DNA from: Lingula anatina
Taxonomy: Eukaryota; Animalia; Brachiopoda
DNA: 64,000 nucleotides
Direction of reading: 5' to 3'
Assembly: GCA_051362555.1 (NCBI GenBank)
Contig: CM120640.1
Location: forward strand, 71,464,788 to 71,528,787
This document shows, in pieces, positions 1 to 10,938 of the stretch. Below the pieces are notes generated by a model. That model saw only the letters and a list, made by a program, of their open reading frames with translations, was not told the origin of the DNA and did not search any database. Each line of letters opens with the position of its first letter. The first letter of the stretch is position 1. The translations under genes were made by a program, and so were the position numbers.

Positions 1-183
1 GTGCATAGTTCATTGGATCCAGTCCATGCTAGATGATCCACCAAACTCAAAGATGACAGATTAACGTATGCAAAATTATCCTGTCATGTATGTAAATGAT
101 ACCAGATTTTAAAGTAACGATATGAAACATACCTCATCATCTCTACCACACTTTATCTAACTTAAAACTTTTTATTGTTTTAG

Positions 184-2658
184 AGGAATCACATGACAAA
201 GAAGAGAGCAAGGCTGATGGTAAAGATGAAGATGAGGATGGCACAGAGGAGGGCAAGACACCATCTTTTACAGTACTTCTCCACGGCAGTCTTAAAGTTG
301 AGGGCATGGTAGCGCTGGTGGAGGTCAGGTAAGCAGTGCTGTAGACCAGATGTAGAATACTGCTCATATAACATAACACATAGGGACCATTTCCAGACCC
401 TACCTAACTAACCGTGGATCGATCTATCTCCAAGGAGATTCTAGTTAAATTGCAGTCAACTTTTAAAAGGTCTGTCACACCTACTGAAGTGCTAAGAGTA
501 ATTAATTATCATTTAGCAGCTTCAGTAGGCGTGCCACACATCTAAGCTGCTTAAACTGAAAGCAATGTAGCGAGAAACACCTTGGAGATGGATCGATCCT
601 GTTAGATCGTTTTAGGCATGGAAACCAAGTCTTTAGCGAAATGGTATTTTATCAAAATTCCATTGCATATTGTTGAAAGATTAATAATACATTTATACCT
701 ATCCTTCTGAGCGTTTTTGCGTGGGCAGACTTAGATTTGACAGTAGTTCTGTGTTCATTTATTGATGTACATTGTTAATTTTCCTCCTAAATTTTTTGTC
801 AGCTTTATCGTCATTTGAAATGTTATAGCCTGAATTTATTGTGTAATGACATTGTTTCTGCAATATTTTTATTGAATTTTCTTTCACCAGTTTTTAGAGG
901 ATTGTTTTTTAAAAATCTTGATGTATAAATAATTTTAATAACTTTTATTTGTGCTTATTTATTTGTTTGGTGACTCTAATAATCTTATCATTATTTTAAC
1001 ATTATTAGTGAAGACTGGTATGGGATGCTATATATATTATTTCAGTGACTTTAATAAGCTAATTATTATTTTAACATTTTCAGTGAGGACTGGTATGGGA
1101 TGCTGTACTCTTGGGCTGACAGTAAGAAGAAATCAAATCTCATGTTGTCCATTTTTGAACCTGGTAAGTCAACGTGTGGAAAGCTTGAAATTGTTGCATT
1201 TTATCTGTATCACATCTATTAAAAAACAAGTAGTTTAAAAACGTTGGAAGGGTTTAGAAAGCTGCAGCTGAGTTATTTTTTACAACACAAAAGGAGAAGT
1301 TATTTAATCAGAAATTTGAAATAAGATCAGATTTATATATTATAGGAAGTATCTCAAATGCTTCTTGGATGTTTTTTTATTTTATTAGTACCACCAGCGT
1401 GTACGCTGGCGGTACTCATGGTTTTAGTCCCGACCCGTCTCGTACAGCTCCGCCGGCTCCTGCGGCTCCGCCGGCTCCTGCAGCTCCGCCGGCTCCGCAG
1501 TCGGGCGCCGGAAACAAGTCACCGTTACCGCTTCTCCTCCTAGACCGCAAGGACCTGTGTCCCCATCTCTTGGATTTAGGTCACATATAATCTCAACTTG
1601 AACACCCTGGTTTTTCTGTCTCCGTCGGTGCATTGGCCTGGGCGTGACGCTTGTTGAAATGCACCCTTGTCAAAATTTTTGAAAATTCAATGCTAAATAT
1701 CTCCCAAACCAAAGGAATTATGGGAAAAATTACTACAGAAGTCTGACCGAAAGTCATATGTGGAGATTCCAAATATGCCCTTGGATTTGACTTTTGACCT
1801 TTTTTTCAAGGTCAAACAAGCCAAAATTTTCTAAAAATGGGAATTTTCTGTAAAAAAATATTTGTTTGTGCTAATTTTTGGAAACTACGCAGCCCTAAGC
1901 TCTCCTGTTATAGTGAGGGGTTACCATTGGTGACTCCTTTCATCTTTGAGAGTTTGGGGTCAATCAGTGCAGTTTCACGGGAGAAGCAGCCATTAGATAC
2001 CAAAACTGAAAACTCGCTCTAAATCTGGAACGGTAAATGCCAGAGACCTCTTTTTTATTGCATTTTGTAGAGCTTGTTAAGTGCAATACTGGGGGTGGTG
2101 TCCATTTTTTTGTTTTTGATATGGTTTAGGCGTTGCCCTATATCAAAAATTACAACATCGCAACATTCAGTGGGGAAAATGTGAAATACTCCAAAATTAG
2201 CAGAGATACGCCCATAGTTACTATTGAACTTGAATAGGAAGTCATATACTGGCAATCTTACTGTGACCTTGAAATTGTCCTTTGACCTACTATTTATGAT
2301 TAACTGCACTTTGCATGTTTCCTGGCCTTCATATCTCCAAAATTGGCAAAGAAATGCCCATAGCTACTATTGAACTTCTGTAGGAAGTCATATACTAGTA
2401 CTGTGACCTTGAAATTGACCTTTGACCTACTTTTTCACCACAAACTGAACTCTGCATATTTTCTTGCCCCTCATATCTTCAAAACTAGCAGAGATCTGCC
2501 TACTGTTGTCCCAAGGTTTTCTCTTTTGTCAGCAAATATGCAATACTGATAACACATTTCAAGGAAAACCAATAGGTTTAGAAAATCACAGGAGTCATCA
2601 GTGTTAGGAAAATACGGCTCAAATTGAACATCTGCTTGATTTGAACAGTTATGTTTGT

Positions 2659-2740
<82 letters not shown>

Positions 2741-3885
2741 TTGCATATTTTGAGAACTCTTTTTATTGCATTTTATAGAGCTTGTCAAGCACAAGACTGG
2801 TGGTGGTGTTCATTTTTTGGGGGTGGAGTTTCCATGAGAATGTGCTTACTCCAGCTGGTGGTACAATATCCAGAGGCGGTATCGCCTCTCTGATCCTCTA
2901 GTTTTATTTTAGGGACAGATGTTCTCCCTTGGTTAGGAGAATTGGACCATCTGTCTGCCCACTCCTCGACGCTATTTCCTGACCCACCTTACGGATTTGA
3001 AGACAACCGTACGCCATTCCCCGTCAGACCTCAGGACAGACGCAGCTATGCACAGAACTGTGTCGTGTGGATCAAGGCAACAGGACTACAGGTAACACAA
3101 ATAACTAGGACAGTTGTTAATATACACATGCATTTTAAACAATTTTGTACAATTGAGCTATAGGTAAAAACTAGATAAAATGATGTGAAAAAGATGGGTG
3201 TTTTCAATATAGAAATAGCTGTTATCTATTAAAAGCTGTTATAACCTGTATTTTTGTTCTTACATTGATAATTTCCAATTTTTTCCTTATAAGCAAAGCT
3301 ATACCATATTTATGCCAGTGTTTTTGAAAAAGTTAACAATCACTGTCAAAACCCAATTTCAGTCTGACATACAGAAGATTCTGCGCCATGCCCGTAAGCT
3401 GCCAGAGAAACAGCAGCAGTTCTACAAGGTACGCTTGACTTGGGAATGTTTTACTTCAAATTTGGAGGTGTCAGAAAAAATGGTGAAAGTTACATGGGGT
3501 TGATATGTATGTGAAGTTTTGGATTGTCAGTTTAAAAAAATGATAAGCTGCTTGTTTTGATTGTATGGCGTTATTATAGTGTATATAATGTTTTTGATCT
3601 ATTTTTTTTGAATTTCATTTTATGTAGCCAGCAAAACATGTACATAATTGCTTTTTGTTTTAGGAGTTGAACAGGGTCCGTAAAGCAGCTCTTTCCTTAG
3701 GGTTTATGGAACTTCTAGAAGCCCTGTCCACCATGTTGGACCGTGAGTGTACTCTGTTGCCAGGAACAGCCCATCCAGACGCTGCTCTCCAGTTATCACA
3801 TGCAGCAAACTCTTTAAGGTCGGACAATGCAAAGGAATACAGTCAAAATATTCTCCCTCTGAGTACTAACTTCAGCGGTGAATAG
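184..3885 (+). CDS. INTS14: Integrator complex subunit 14 (VWA9), 3' portion; 5' exons lie upstream of the window
   Basis: Phase-consistent GT-AG exons 184-328, 1084-1163, 2913-3091, 3363-3428, 3664-3885 (stop). Translation contains TPSFTVLLHGSLKVEGMVALV, WYGMLYSWADSKKKSNLMLSIFEPG, RSYAQNCVVWIK, DIQKILRHARKLPEKQQQFYKELNRVRKAAL and LLPGTAHPDAALQL, which I recognise as the INTS14 C-terminal region. Confidence 0.92.
381..633. mobile_element. Foldback/MITE-like palindromic element, family B copy 1 (INTS14 intron)
   Basis: Long imperfect palindrome (gatcgatctatctccaagg ... ccttggagatggatcgatc; cctactgaag ... cttcagtagg). Colinear with the copy at 30568-30820 and related to 19472-19700 and 51641-51857. 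Confidence 0.7.
1381..2903 (+). mobile_element. Non-autonomous Helentron-associated (HINE/DINE-1-like) element, family A copy 1
   Basis: 5' subterminal repeat tattagtaccaccagc with an adjacent inverted copy (gctggcggtac), a ccgccggctcc microrepeat, ~145-bp core repeats (tgaccttgaaattgacctttgacct), a 3' subterminal repeat gctggtggtacaata, a hairpin agaggcggtatcgcctct and terminal CTAGT in a T-rich site. Homologous to 53092-55437 and 23701-23817. Confidence 0.75.
2663..2742. repeat. (TA)n microsatellite followed by poly-T
   Basis: Directly visible. Confidence 0.95.
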
Positions 3886-4569
3886 AGATCAAACCACCAT
3901 TGATACCATTACATTCTCCAACTTGGGTGGGGAAATGTCCGCTTCATTTACTTTGTGTACATTTTGAAAAGGTTTGAGAAATGACCTTTTTTTTTAAAAT
4001 AATTGAACGATGAAAAGATTTTTACTAAGCATTTTGGGATCACCTTTTACCTCATCAAAGGCAGGCATCCCATCAGAAGCTTTTATGCCGATTTGTAAAA
4101 TTTGTAATTGCCAAGAATAAAAGTAGCATAAGTTAAACTAATGAGTTTAATTTATTTTTCATCAGTTTAGGTAGACAGTTAATGTATGAACAACACAGCT
4201 CAAATCAGTTTATGTATATTGTCTGATGTCATATATAATAAATGATAATAATAATAATAAAAGTTCTGGTACACCAAATATAAAGTAAAAACTGTTAGTG
4301 TTAAACGGTTTATTCTTCATCATATCCAATTTACAAGAAATTTTTTTTGAGATCTGTGAAGCATTTCTTCTCTGACACCTCCCCAAACACACTATCATAC
4401 AGATGACCAACATTGAAAGAATTAGCAACTGGGAGTAGAATCTTTCTCTTCAGACATCAATTTCATGCTTTGTAAAAATGATCCTGCTAACATGCCACCG
4501 TGCATTCAGTTCTTTCATAATTAACTCTCATCAGTTAAATTTCCTTTCCAATCATGTGAACTGATGATT

Positions 4570-4767
4570 TACAACAGTTATTAATCAGTTTGGTGGTTGG
4601 CTGATTGACCTATACAACAGTTATTAATCAGTTTGGTGGTCAGCTGATTGACCTATACAACAGTTATTAATCAGTTTGGTGGTCAGCTGATTGACCTATA
4701 CAACAGTTATTAATCAGTTTGGTGGTCGGCTGATTGACCTATACAACAGTTATTAATCAGTTTGGTT
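4570..4767. repeat. 43-bp tandem repeat, ~4.5 copies
   Basis: Unit tacaacagttattaatcagtttggtggtcagctgattgaccta, with consecutive starts at 4570 and 4613. Confidence 0.9.
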
Positions 4768-4859
4768 GGGTTTTTATTATTAAACTATCTTCCACTGAAT
4801 CAAGTTCCACATCAACCACCACGGTCCGCTAGTCAAGTAATGTCCAGCAGTATACAAAG

Positions 4860-4925
4860 CCCAGTTCACACTTTTCCAGTTCACACTTTTCCAGTTCACT
4901 CTTGTCCAGTTCACACTTGTCCAGC
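4860..4925. repeat. ~15-bp tandem repeat (ccagttcacactttt), ~4 copies
   Basis: Directly visible. Confidence 0.8.
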
Positions 4926-5032
4926 CTGATGAGGTGGGTGTACACCTTTCAATATCCCCAGCATTGCTAGCTCAGGGCAGGGTATATTGTACCGTCCACA
5001 TCCAGGGGGTCCATCCGGCAGCCATGACACCC

Positions 5033-5272
5033 TCAGCCATTGCCGTCTCGCTGGTTATTGACTCGATACTCTTTGTCATACATGTCTGCAATGGCCCTCA
5101 AAGTCAGGCCAATCTCTATCATAGAGCGTCTCTGCTCTTCATTGGGCTCTGTGTTGTTATTGTTTGCTCTGTGGCGGTAGACCACTGGTTCCATAACCTG
5201 GTCTAGATTCTGAGGGAGATTGGTTGCTGGAAAACCTCTGTTCCGATCTTCATCTGGCATGTTGACAGTCAT
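5033..5272 (-). CDS. Candidate BH3-only pro-apoptotic protein, 79 aa (PUMA/BIM-like BH3 motif)
   Basis: EIGLTLRAIADMYDKEY aligns without gaps to PUMA BH3 EIGAQLRRMADDLNAQY. The remainder is polar and low-complexity. A strong acceptor (ttttttatttccag) puts the exon start at 5309, and a consensus donor GAG/GTAAGT at 6337 defines a non-coding exon 1 next to the MCL1-like promoter. Confidence 0.7.
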   Translation of the reverse strand: MTVNMPDEDRNRGFPATNLPQNLDQVMEPVVYRHRANNNNTEPNEEQRRSMIEIGLTLRAIADMYDKEYRVNNQRDGNG

Positions 5273-5869
5273 TTCCTATATTGTGGTTTTTTTCTGCATA
5301 TATCGCCAACTGGAAATAAAAAAGTAAAACTTAAGCAAGGCTGGGATTAAAGGAATACCATATTTGCAATTACATTTGTAACTGTCCAAGTCTTTTCTGT
5401 CTTCATGTCCTGTAAAACTACTTGTATTCTCCCTAATTCAGACCTTAATGACTTTAAATGATGAATTAACCCATCAAATAAAAGTATCTGACATGCATAG
5501 TTTCCCTCTGAAATGTACAGGTGACTTGAGAAGTGGAAACATTTGGTCACACAGTAAGAAAATAAAATTTAACTGAAATGGACAAAACAATGAATTCCAA
5601 GTGCAAGGACCAATAATATATGATTGTGAATAGGTGAATATTTTTCTCTCTTGTGGAAAATTCAATTGGGGTTGATAACTTGCTTTCAATATCATGGATT
5701 ATATACTAGTACCATTTCATAGTGAGAACTACATGTACATGTTAAGTACCCAAAAGAATGTTTATTCTTAGGGGTACATATACCAGGGCACGTAAATGTT
5801 TGTAAACCTGTATGTTTTTAGTACTGTACAGTCCAATGTGGACCTTTGTCAAATTACTGGATTATAATC

Positions 5870-5872
<3 letters not shown>

Positions 5873-5912
<40 letters not shown>
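5873..5912. repeat. (TA)n microsatellite
   Basis: Directly visible. Confidence 0.95.
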
Positions 5913-5917
<5 letters not shown>

Positions 5918-6419
5918 CATGTTATATATCAAGTTTAGCAAATAAATGACAAAAAAGTATCATTATTCTGAATTTTATTGAAAAGATATACATGTAAATT
6001 ACTATAGTACCATTGGCACAGGTATACTACTGTAGAATCAACATACTAGTCAATCGAGAAGTCTGAATTTGTTGGTAGGTATAAGGGATAAGCATAACAA
6101 ATTGTAAAATTAACTTGCTAAGGTAATTAATCAACAGATTAAAACAAAATGGCGCGAATAACGTATTACTAATACTGACTTCTCAGTAAACAGGTAATTA
6201 ATCAACCAATGTATTAATAAGCTACCGCAGTACCTGTAAAATTAAAAAACTATGGATGTTTCTAAGATTACATCTACAAACAAAATTTAAAGAAAGTAAA
6301 AAAGGTGGAAACTGTGGGTATTTTTATCTAACTTACCTCCCAGATCGCCCTGCTTCTTTATTGGTTTCTCTTCTGCTAATCCTGAAACGTCCTAGACTTA
6401 AAAACTTCTCCACTTCCAC

Positions 6420-6530
6420 CTTGTCGTTCCCACGTATGGCACGTGTCCTCTGGTCAACCAATCAGAGCACCAAAAAGCCATGACGTCATGCACTCGCTGC
6501 TATTTTCGTCGTTGACTTCATATTTAGTGT
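6420..6530. promoter_or_regulatory. Putative bidirectional promoter shared by the BH3-only and MCL1-like genes
   Basis: CpG-rich gap between divergent 5' ends with E-box CACGTG (~6440), CCAAT box (~6458) and a perfect palindromic CRE ATGACGTCAT (6480-6489). Confidence 0.6.
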
Positions 6531-6626
6531 TTGCCCAAACACCTTCTCCGAAATTTTTCGCTTTCGTCACTACGGATATCTACGGACGGAAGGCCTAGAA
6601 GTTCACTTTTCGGAGACCATCTGGAG

Positions 6627-7873
6627 ATGAACGAGAATGGAGTGGAACCATCGGTGAGGAGTAGGGGGACGATGAAGGCCGACATTCAAGAGAATTTTTA
6701 CAACAACAACAACAAAATGGCCGGCAAAGTCCGTGATCAGGGGTTGAACGGGTTGATGAACAACCGTGGCACTCAAACAGGCGAAGAACATCTACCTTCA
6801 TCCGCCATAGCAAAAACAGCCAAAGAGATAGCCCATGATGTTTTGTTCTGGACCGTTGGATATAATAACTCAAAACCAAACGATGCTTATTCAAAAACGA
6901 TGAGGCGTCTGGTAACGGAAATGCTGGAAAAGCACAAAATAACCTTTAATGGGATGATGAACAAACTTGATTTATCAGAGCAAAACGGCGAAGAAACTGT
7001 TAATGGTTGTTTGGAACACATATTTACCGACCACGAAGTCAACTGGGGGCGAGTTGTCACTGTGTACGCGTTTGGATCTCGATTGATGAAACATTGTGAA
7101 GAAAACAAAATGGACGCGTTGATGGGCAAACTTCCTGATTATGTTGGTGAATATGTTGCGACCAAACTTGGCCCCTGGATACATAAACAAGGTGGCTGGG
7201 TATGTATTTAAGATTTTGTTGTTAATATTACTTTATAAGAGATCTTGATTGTATTTTTAAAAGTAGAAATACATACTAATGATAACAAATATTGAAAAAT
7301 GTATGCAGTTGAAAGTCTACCTTTGGATTTAACTTGTGAATCTTTTTAATAAGGACAATTACAATTTACTTATGACAAATATATGACTTAAAATTGGTAA
7401 AAAAAACTTTTTGGGTTGGGGGGGGGGAGGGTAATGTATTTGTCTAATTGACCTTACTGGAGGGCAATCCTGTGTAAAGTTATGTGATATTAGTCACTGT
7501 AAGGAATGCATACCTTTGGAACTAGTGCCGCCTGACTACCAAGGTGTTGATTTATGATTGCCAGAAACCTTGGATCCTATCCAGATATTGTTCATTTATA
7601 TCTAACCACAAATAGTGTCAAGTTACAGGTTCTTAGAATTTTTCCTATTGTATTAAGAGTAACTATCACTCAGTATGATGTATTCTCTCTATGTTAAATA
7701 TTTTGCCATTGAGTGTATGAAGTTGACTGTATTGTGACCACTTCTCTCCTCTCTAGGACACCTTTGTAGCTTCTTTTCCTGACAAGAATCAGATGGAGAA
7801 TGGGATCTGGAAGGGTTTGCTGGTCACAGCCCTGGGTTTGGGTACTCTAGCCACCATGGTCGCAGTGCGGTGA
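6627..7873 (+). CDS. MCL1: Anti-apoptotic Bcl-2 family protein, MCL1-like
   Basis: Exons 6627-7199 and 7757-7873, with a phase-0 intron in BH2 GGW/DTF as in other Bcl-2 family genes. TMRRLVTEMLEKHKITFNGMMNKL resembles MCL1 TLRRVGDGVQRNHETAFQGMLRKL; BH1 IFTDHEVNWGRVVTVYAFG; BH2 WIHKQGGWDTF; C-terminal TM IWKGLLVTALGLGTLATMVAVR. Family is secure; orthology to MCL1 versus A1/BCL-B is inference. Confidence 0.85.
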
Positions 7874-10510
7874 CTAGCACTGAAAGCAACAAGATGAAGA
7901 ATTCAACCAGGAAGCCTGCATAAATGGCTTCATATGAGAGAGAAATACAGACCCATTTTTGAAAAAAAATGTGAAGGAAATGTGATTGTTGTAACTTGTT
8001 GATTAGAAATAAAAGAGTAACAATTCATATTTGCGATAAGAACACACAAACTGAGGGAGACTTAAAATGATGGAAAATGACAGACTGGTCAGTGTAAGTT
8101 TTCTACAACAATCGGGAAAATGGGGTAAGCTTTTGCTTCCCTGTCAAAAGGCAGCATATGGATAAATAAAATGAGCAGCTATTCTCTCTTCTTCAGCCCC
8201 CTTATGCTTGCGCTGTCCAGGAAAAGCCATGAGTCTTCCTTTAATGATGATAATTTTGGTCACAGCAGTAGTTCTTTAATTTCATTTTGTGTCACAGTAT
8301 AGGTATCCTAGCATAACAGTTGCGTGTAACTAGATCATGATTCTGGTTGTATGGTTCTTTGACTCATCGGTTCCCATGGTCACAAAATAGCCATGGCATA
8401 ACAAAACCTGGGGTGATGGTGCTTGGTCATCAGCTCAGTGAGGTGACAGTGCAGGGAAGGTTTAAAGAATTGAATATTGATTCACTAGGCTGAGTTTTTG
8501 GTTAAAATTGACCATCCTCAAAAATTGAATGTTTTAGTGTTGAGTCATCATCACCCCCCCCCCCCCCCCCCCCTCACTGAGCTGAGGTCAGTTCTGATTT
8601 CTGTGATTCACAATTTGTGTTCAATTTAATATACATTTGGTGTCAGCAATCATCGTTTAAAACATTACACTAAAACAGAAATTTTGTTATTTTATTTGAT
8701 TTTATTGGATAAATAAATATTGTTTAATAAACAATTTATATCTGGGTTATTATTCCAGTGGTATTTACTCTTTGTCGTAATTTCTAAAGCAAGTTGGCTG
8801 TGTGCCAGTGACGTCAGCGCTGTTGCACCACAAGCGATGTAGGGGACAAATATGGCGGTGAGAAGAACTATAGCTTCATTATTTTACACACACTAATGAA
8901 TAACTGAGAAGGCTGTTCTGGCAAGCCTTCAATACTTTTTTGTCTGAGGGGAGACGGCTGAAAATATTTAGGGTCAATGAAGACAATTTCTTGTATATCT
9001 CTATATTATATATCTTTATTCATAAGAAGGTTTTTTTTGTAGAAGGATTAAGTGACATCTTTTATGGCTTCATCTCCAAGTTAAAATTAGCCTCAGTTTA
9101 ATCAAGGAGGTTTATGAGATGTAACAGTTTTAAAGGTCGATAGTAAATGTTACTTAATTGGCTTCAGCATCGCCAACTAGAGTTATCACTTTGATGTATT
9201 TTTAGAGAGAGAATAGTTCATTGCGTCACCTGGGAAAGTTTATCGCACCTACTGCTGTCACGAGAGACTCTCGACCAGAGAAAAATAAGGGTATACGCAA
9301 ACGTCCTTTAATAAGTATTTTAAGTTGTACTCAAAAACACCGCTTATGAAACATTAAAACTACAGTTTTGAGTTGAAATCGAAATCTGTGTATATACTGA
9401 GCAAAAAAGTTAACACCCCATGTGAATTATATATATGTCACATGTACTGGGCTACGGACAGTAATCTGCAGATATATATATAACCATAAAGCTGATAATT
9501 TTTTTCTTAAAGTATTGAGTGGGGCGTTTATTTTATTTTATTTATTAATGTGTTTTATTTAATTATTATTATTTTTTGCTCAGTGTGCATTTTTTGCTAT
9601 ATGCATATTTACCGGTGCCGAGTTGATATTTGACGCACAGTCGTTTACGAAGTTACAACTAGTGCTAAGACAAAGAGTAATCATTACCTTCTGAAATCAG
9701 GGGCTTCTAAAAAATTACAAAATTCAAGAATGTGATACAAAAATTTTGTCACAGATTACAAACGCATCCTGTGGTGAGAGTGTAAAAGATTATGACAAAA
9801 ATCAAAATACAAGAAAAAAATCCGAGGATGATGTTAACAAACAATGTATAGATAATGTTGAAGGGTGAACCCATCATCGTAACGCACTCGTGATTTCTGG
9901 ACTGAGATCTACTTGTTTGAAAAGAATACAAGTAATAAAGTAAAACAGGCAAATCAGACCTACCCCTTCGCAGGACCTTACACGAAAGACAGCTATGAAT
10001 ACAGACCAAACAAAAGAATAATAATAATAATAATAATGATAACACAAATTAATAAACAAATATAATTCGTTTTACAAAACATATTTATAAACGTTTTGAT
10101 ACAGTGTTTTGGTTGACAAATGAGGTGAAATTGACCTTTGATTTTAGGAGAAAAGCATCGAAATCGCGTGTGATTTTTGTCTGTTATGTGAAGATTTAAT
10201 CAATCCATATTTCTGTACCTGATTTTACAGTATATTTGAAAAATGAGGCTTTAGTTTCAAGCCGATGCAGACCAGAGTTAAAATTATGTACCCGTTTGTA
10301 TATTTATAATGTGTACATATATGGAAATGAAGACGCTGACCCTCGTTCGACCTGAAGTTCAGGTCAGGAAATCTAACTTGATGTTCAGAGATATATACTC
10401 TTTTCCACAAATCAAATTAATGTGCATTTACCTTTATTTTAAGTAAAAACAGCAATGTTGCTTGCCGAAAGGAAAAATATTGGGAGGAAATTCCAAACCG
10501 TTCCCCTCTG

Positions 10511-10547
<37 letters not shown>

Positions 10548-10938
10548 GAGAGCATTCGGGTAAAATATAAATAATCCGTGTACTTCGTACTGAAAATTTA
10601 TTTTAAAAAACCCGCAAAACTACGAACATTATCTCTTTACAGTAGAAAGAAATGTTTGTATATCCGGGTGGGGAATCCCTCCCTTTGTGACGTTCCGGAC
10701 CTCACATTGGCTGTTCATTAAGGAAAAGCATGGTAACATGGTCGCTGACAGTGTTATCAGAACAACGTGAAGCCATACCTGCTATAAGAAATGTGACCAA
10801 CAAATAATTGAATTATAGTAATATGTAGACCTGGTCTTGTTGACACGGACCTATGTACGTAGGTCGCCTGGTATTGTATTAGCCCAGGCAGTTTGATTTA
10901 TTGTCATTTCTGACCATTTTTTGTTCAATGTTTCATTA

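Noticed and set aside
1358-2309. Pro/Ala- or Arg/Leu-rich short ORFs, also at 53351-55521
   Set aside because: They lie within the non-autonomous HINE element, and I see no transposase, Rep or helicase motifs.
4910-5035. Stop read-through of the BH3-only ORF (about 40 open codons after TGA)
   Set aside because: No canonical TGA-CTAG read-through context and no convincing transmembrane anchor in the extension.
4934-5206. Hydrophobic 90-aa plus-strand ORF
   Set aside because: GTG start and no supporting splice or promoter signals; better explained as the antisense shadow of the BH3 ORF.
6531-6626. TTG-initiated N-terminal extension of the MCL1-like ORF
   Set aside because: Artefact of the ORF caller's alternative starts; the first ATG is at 6627.
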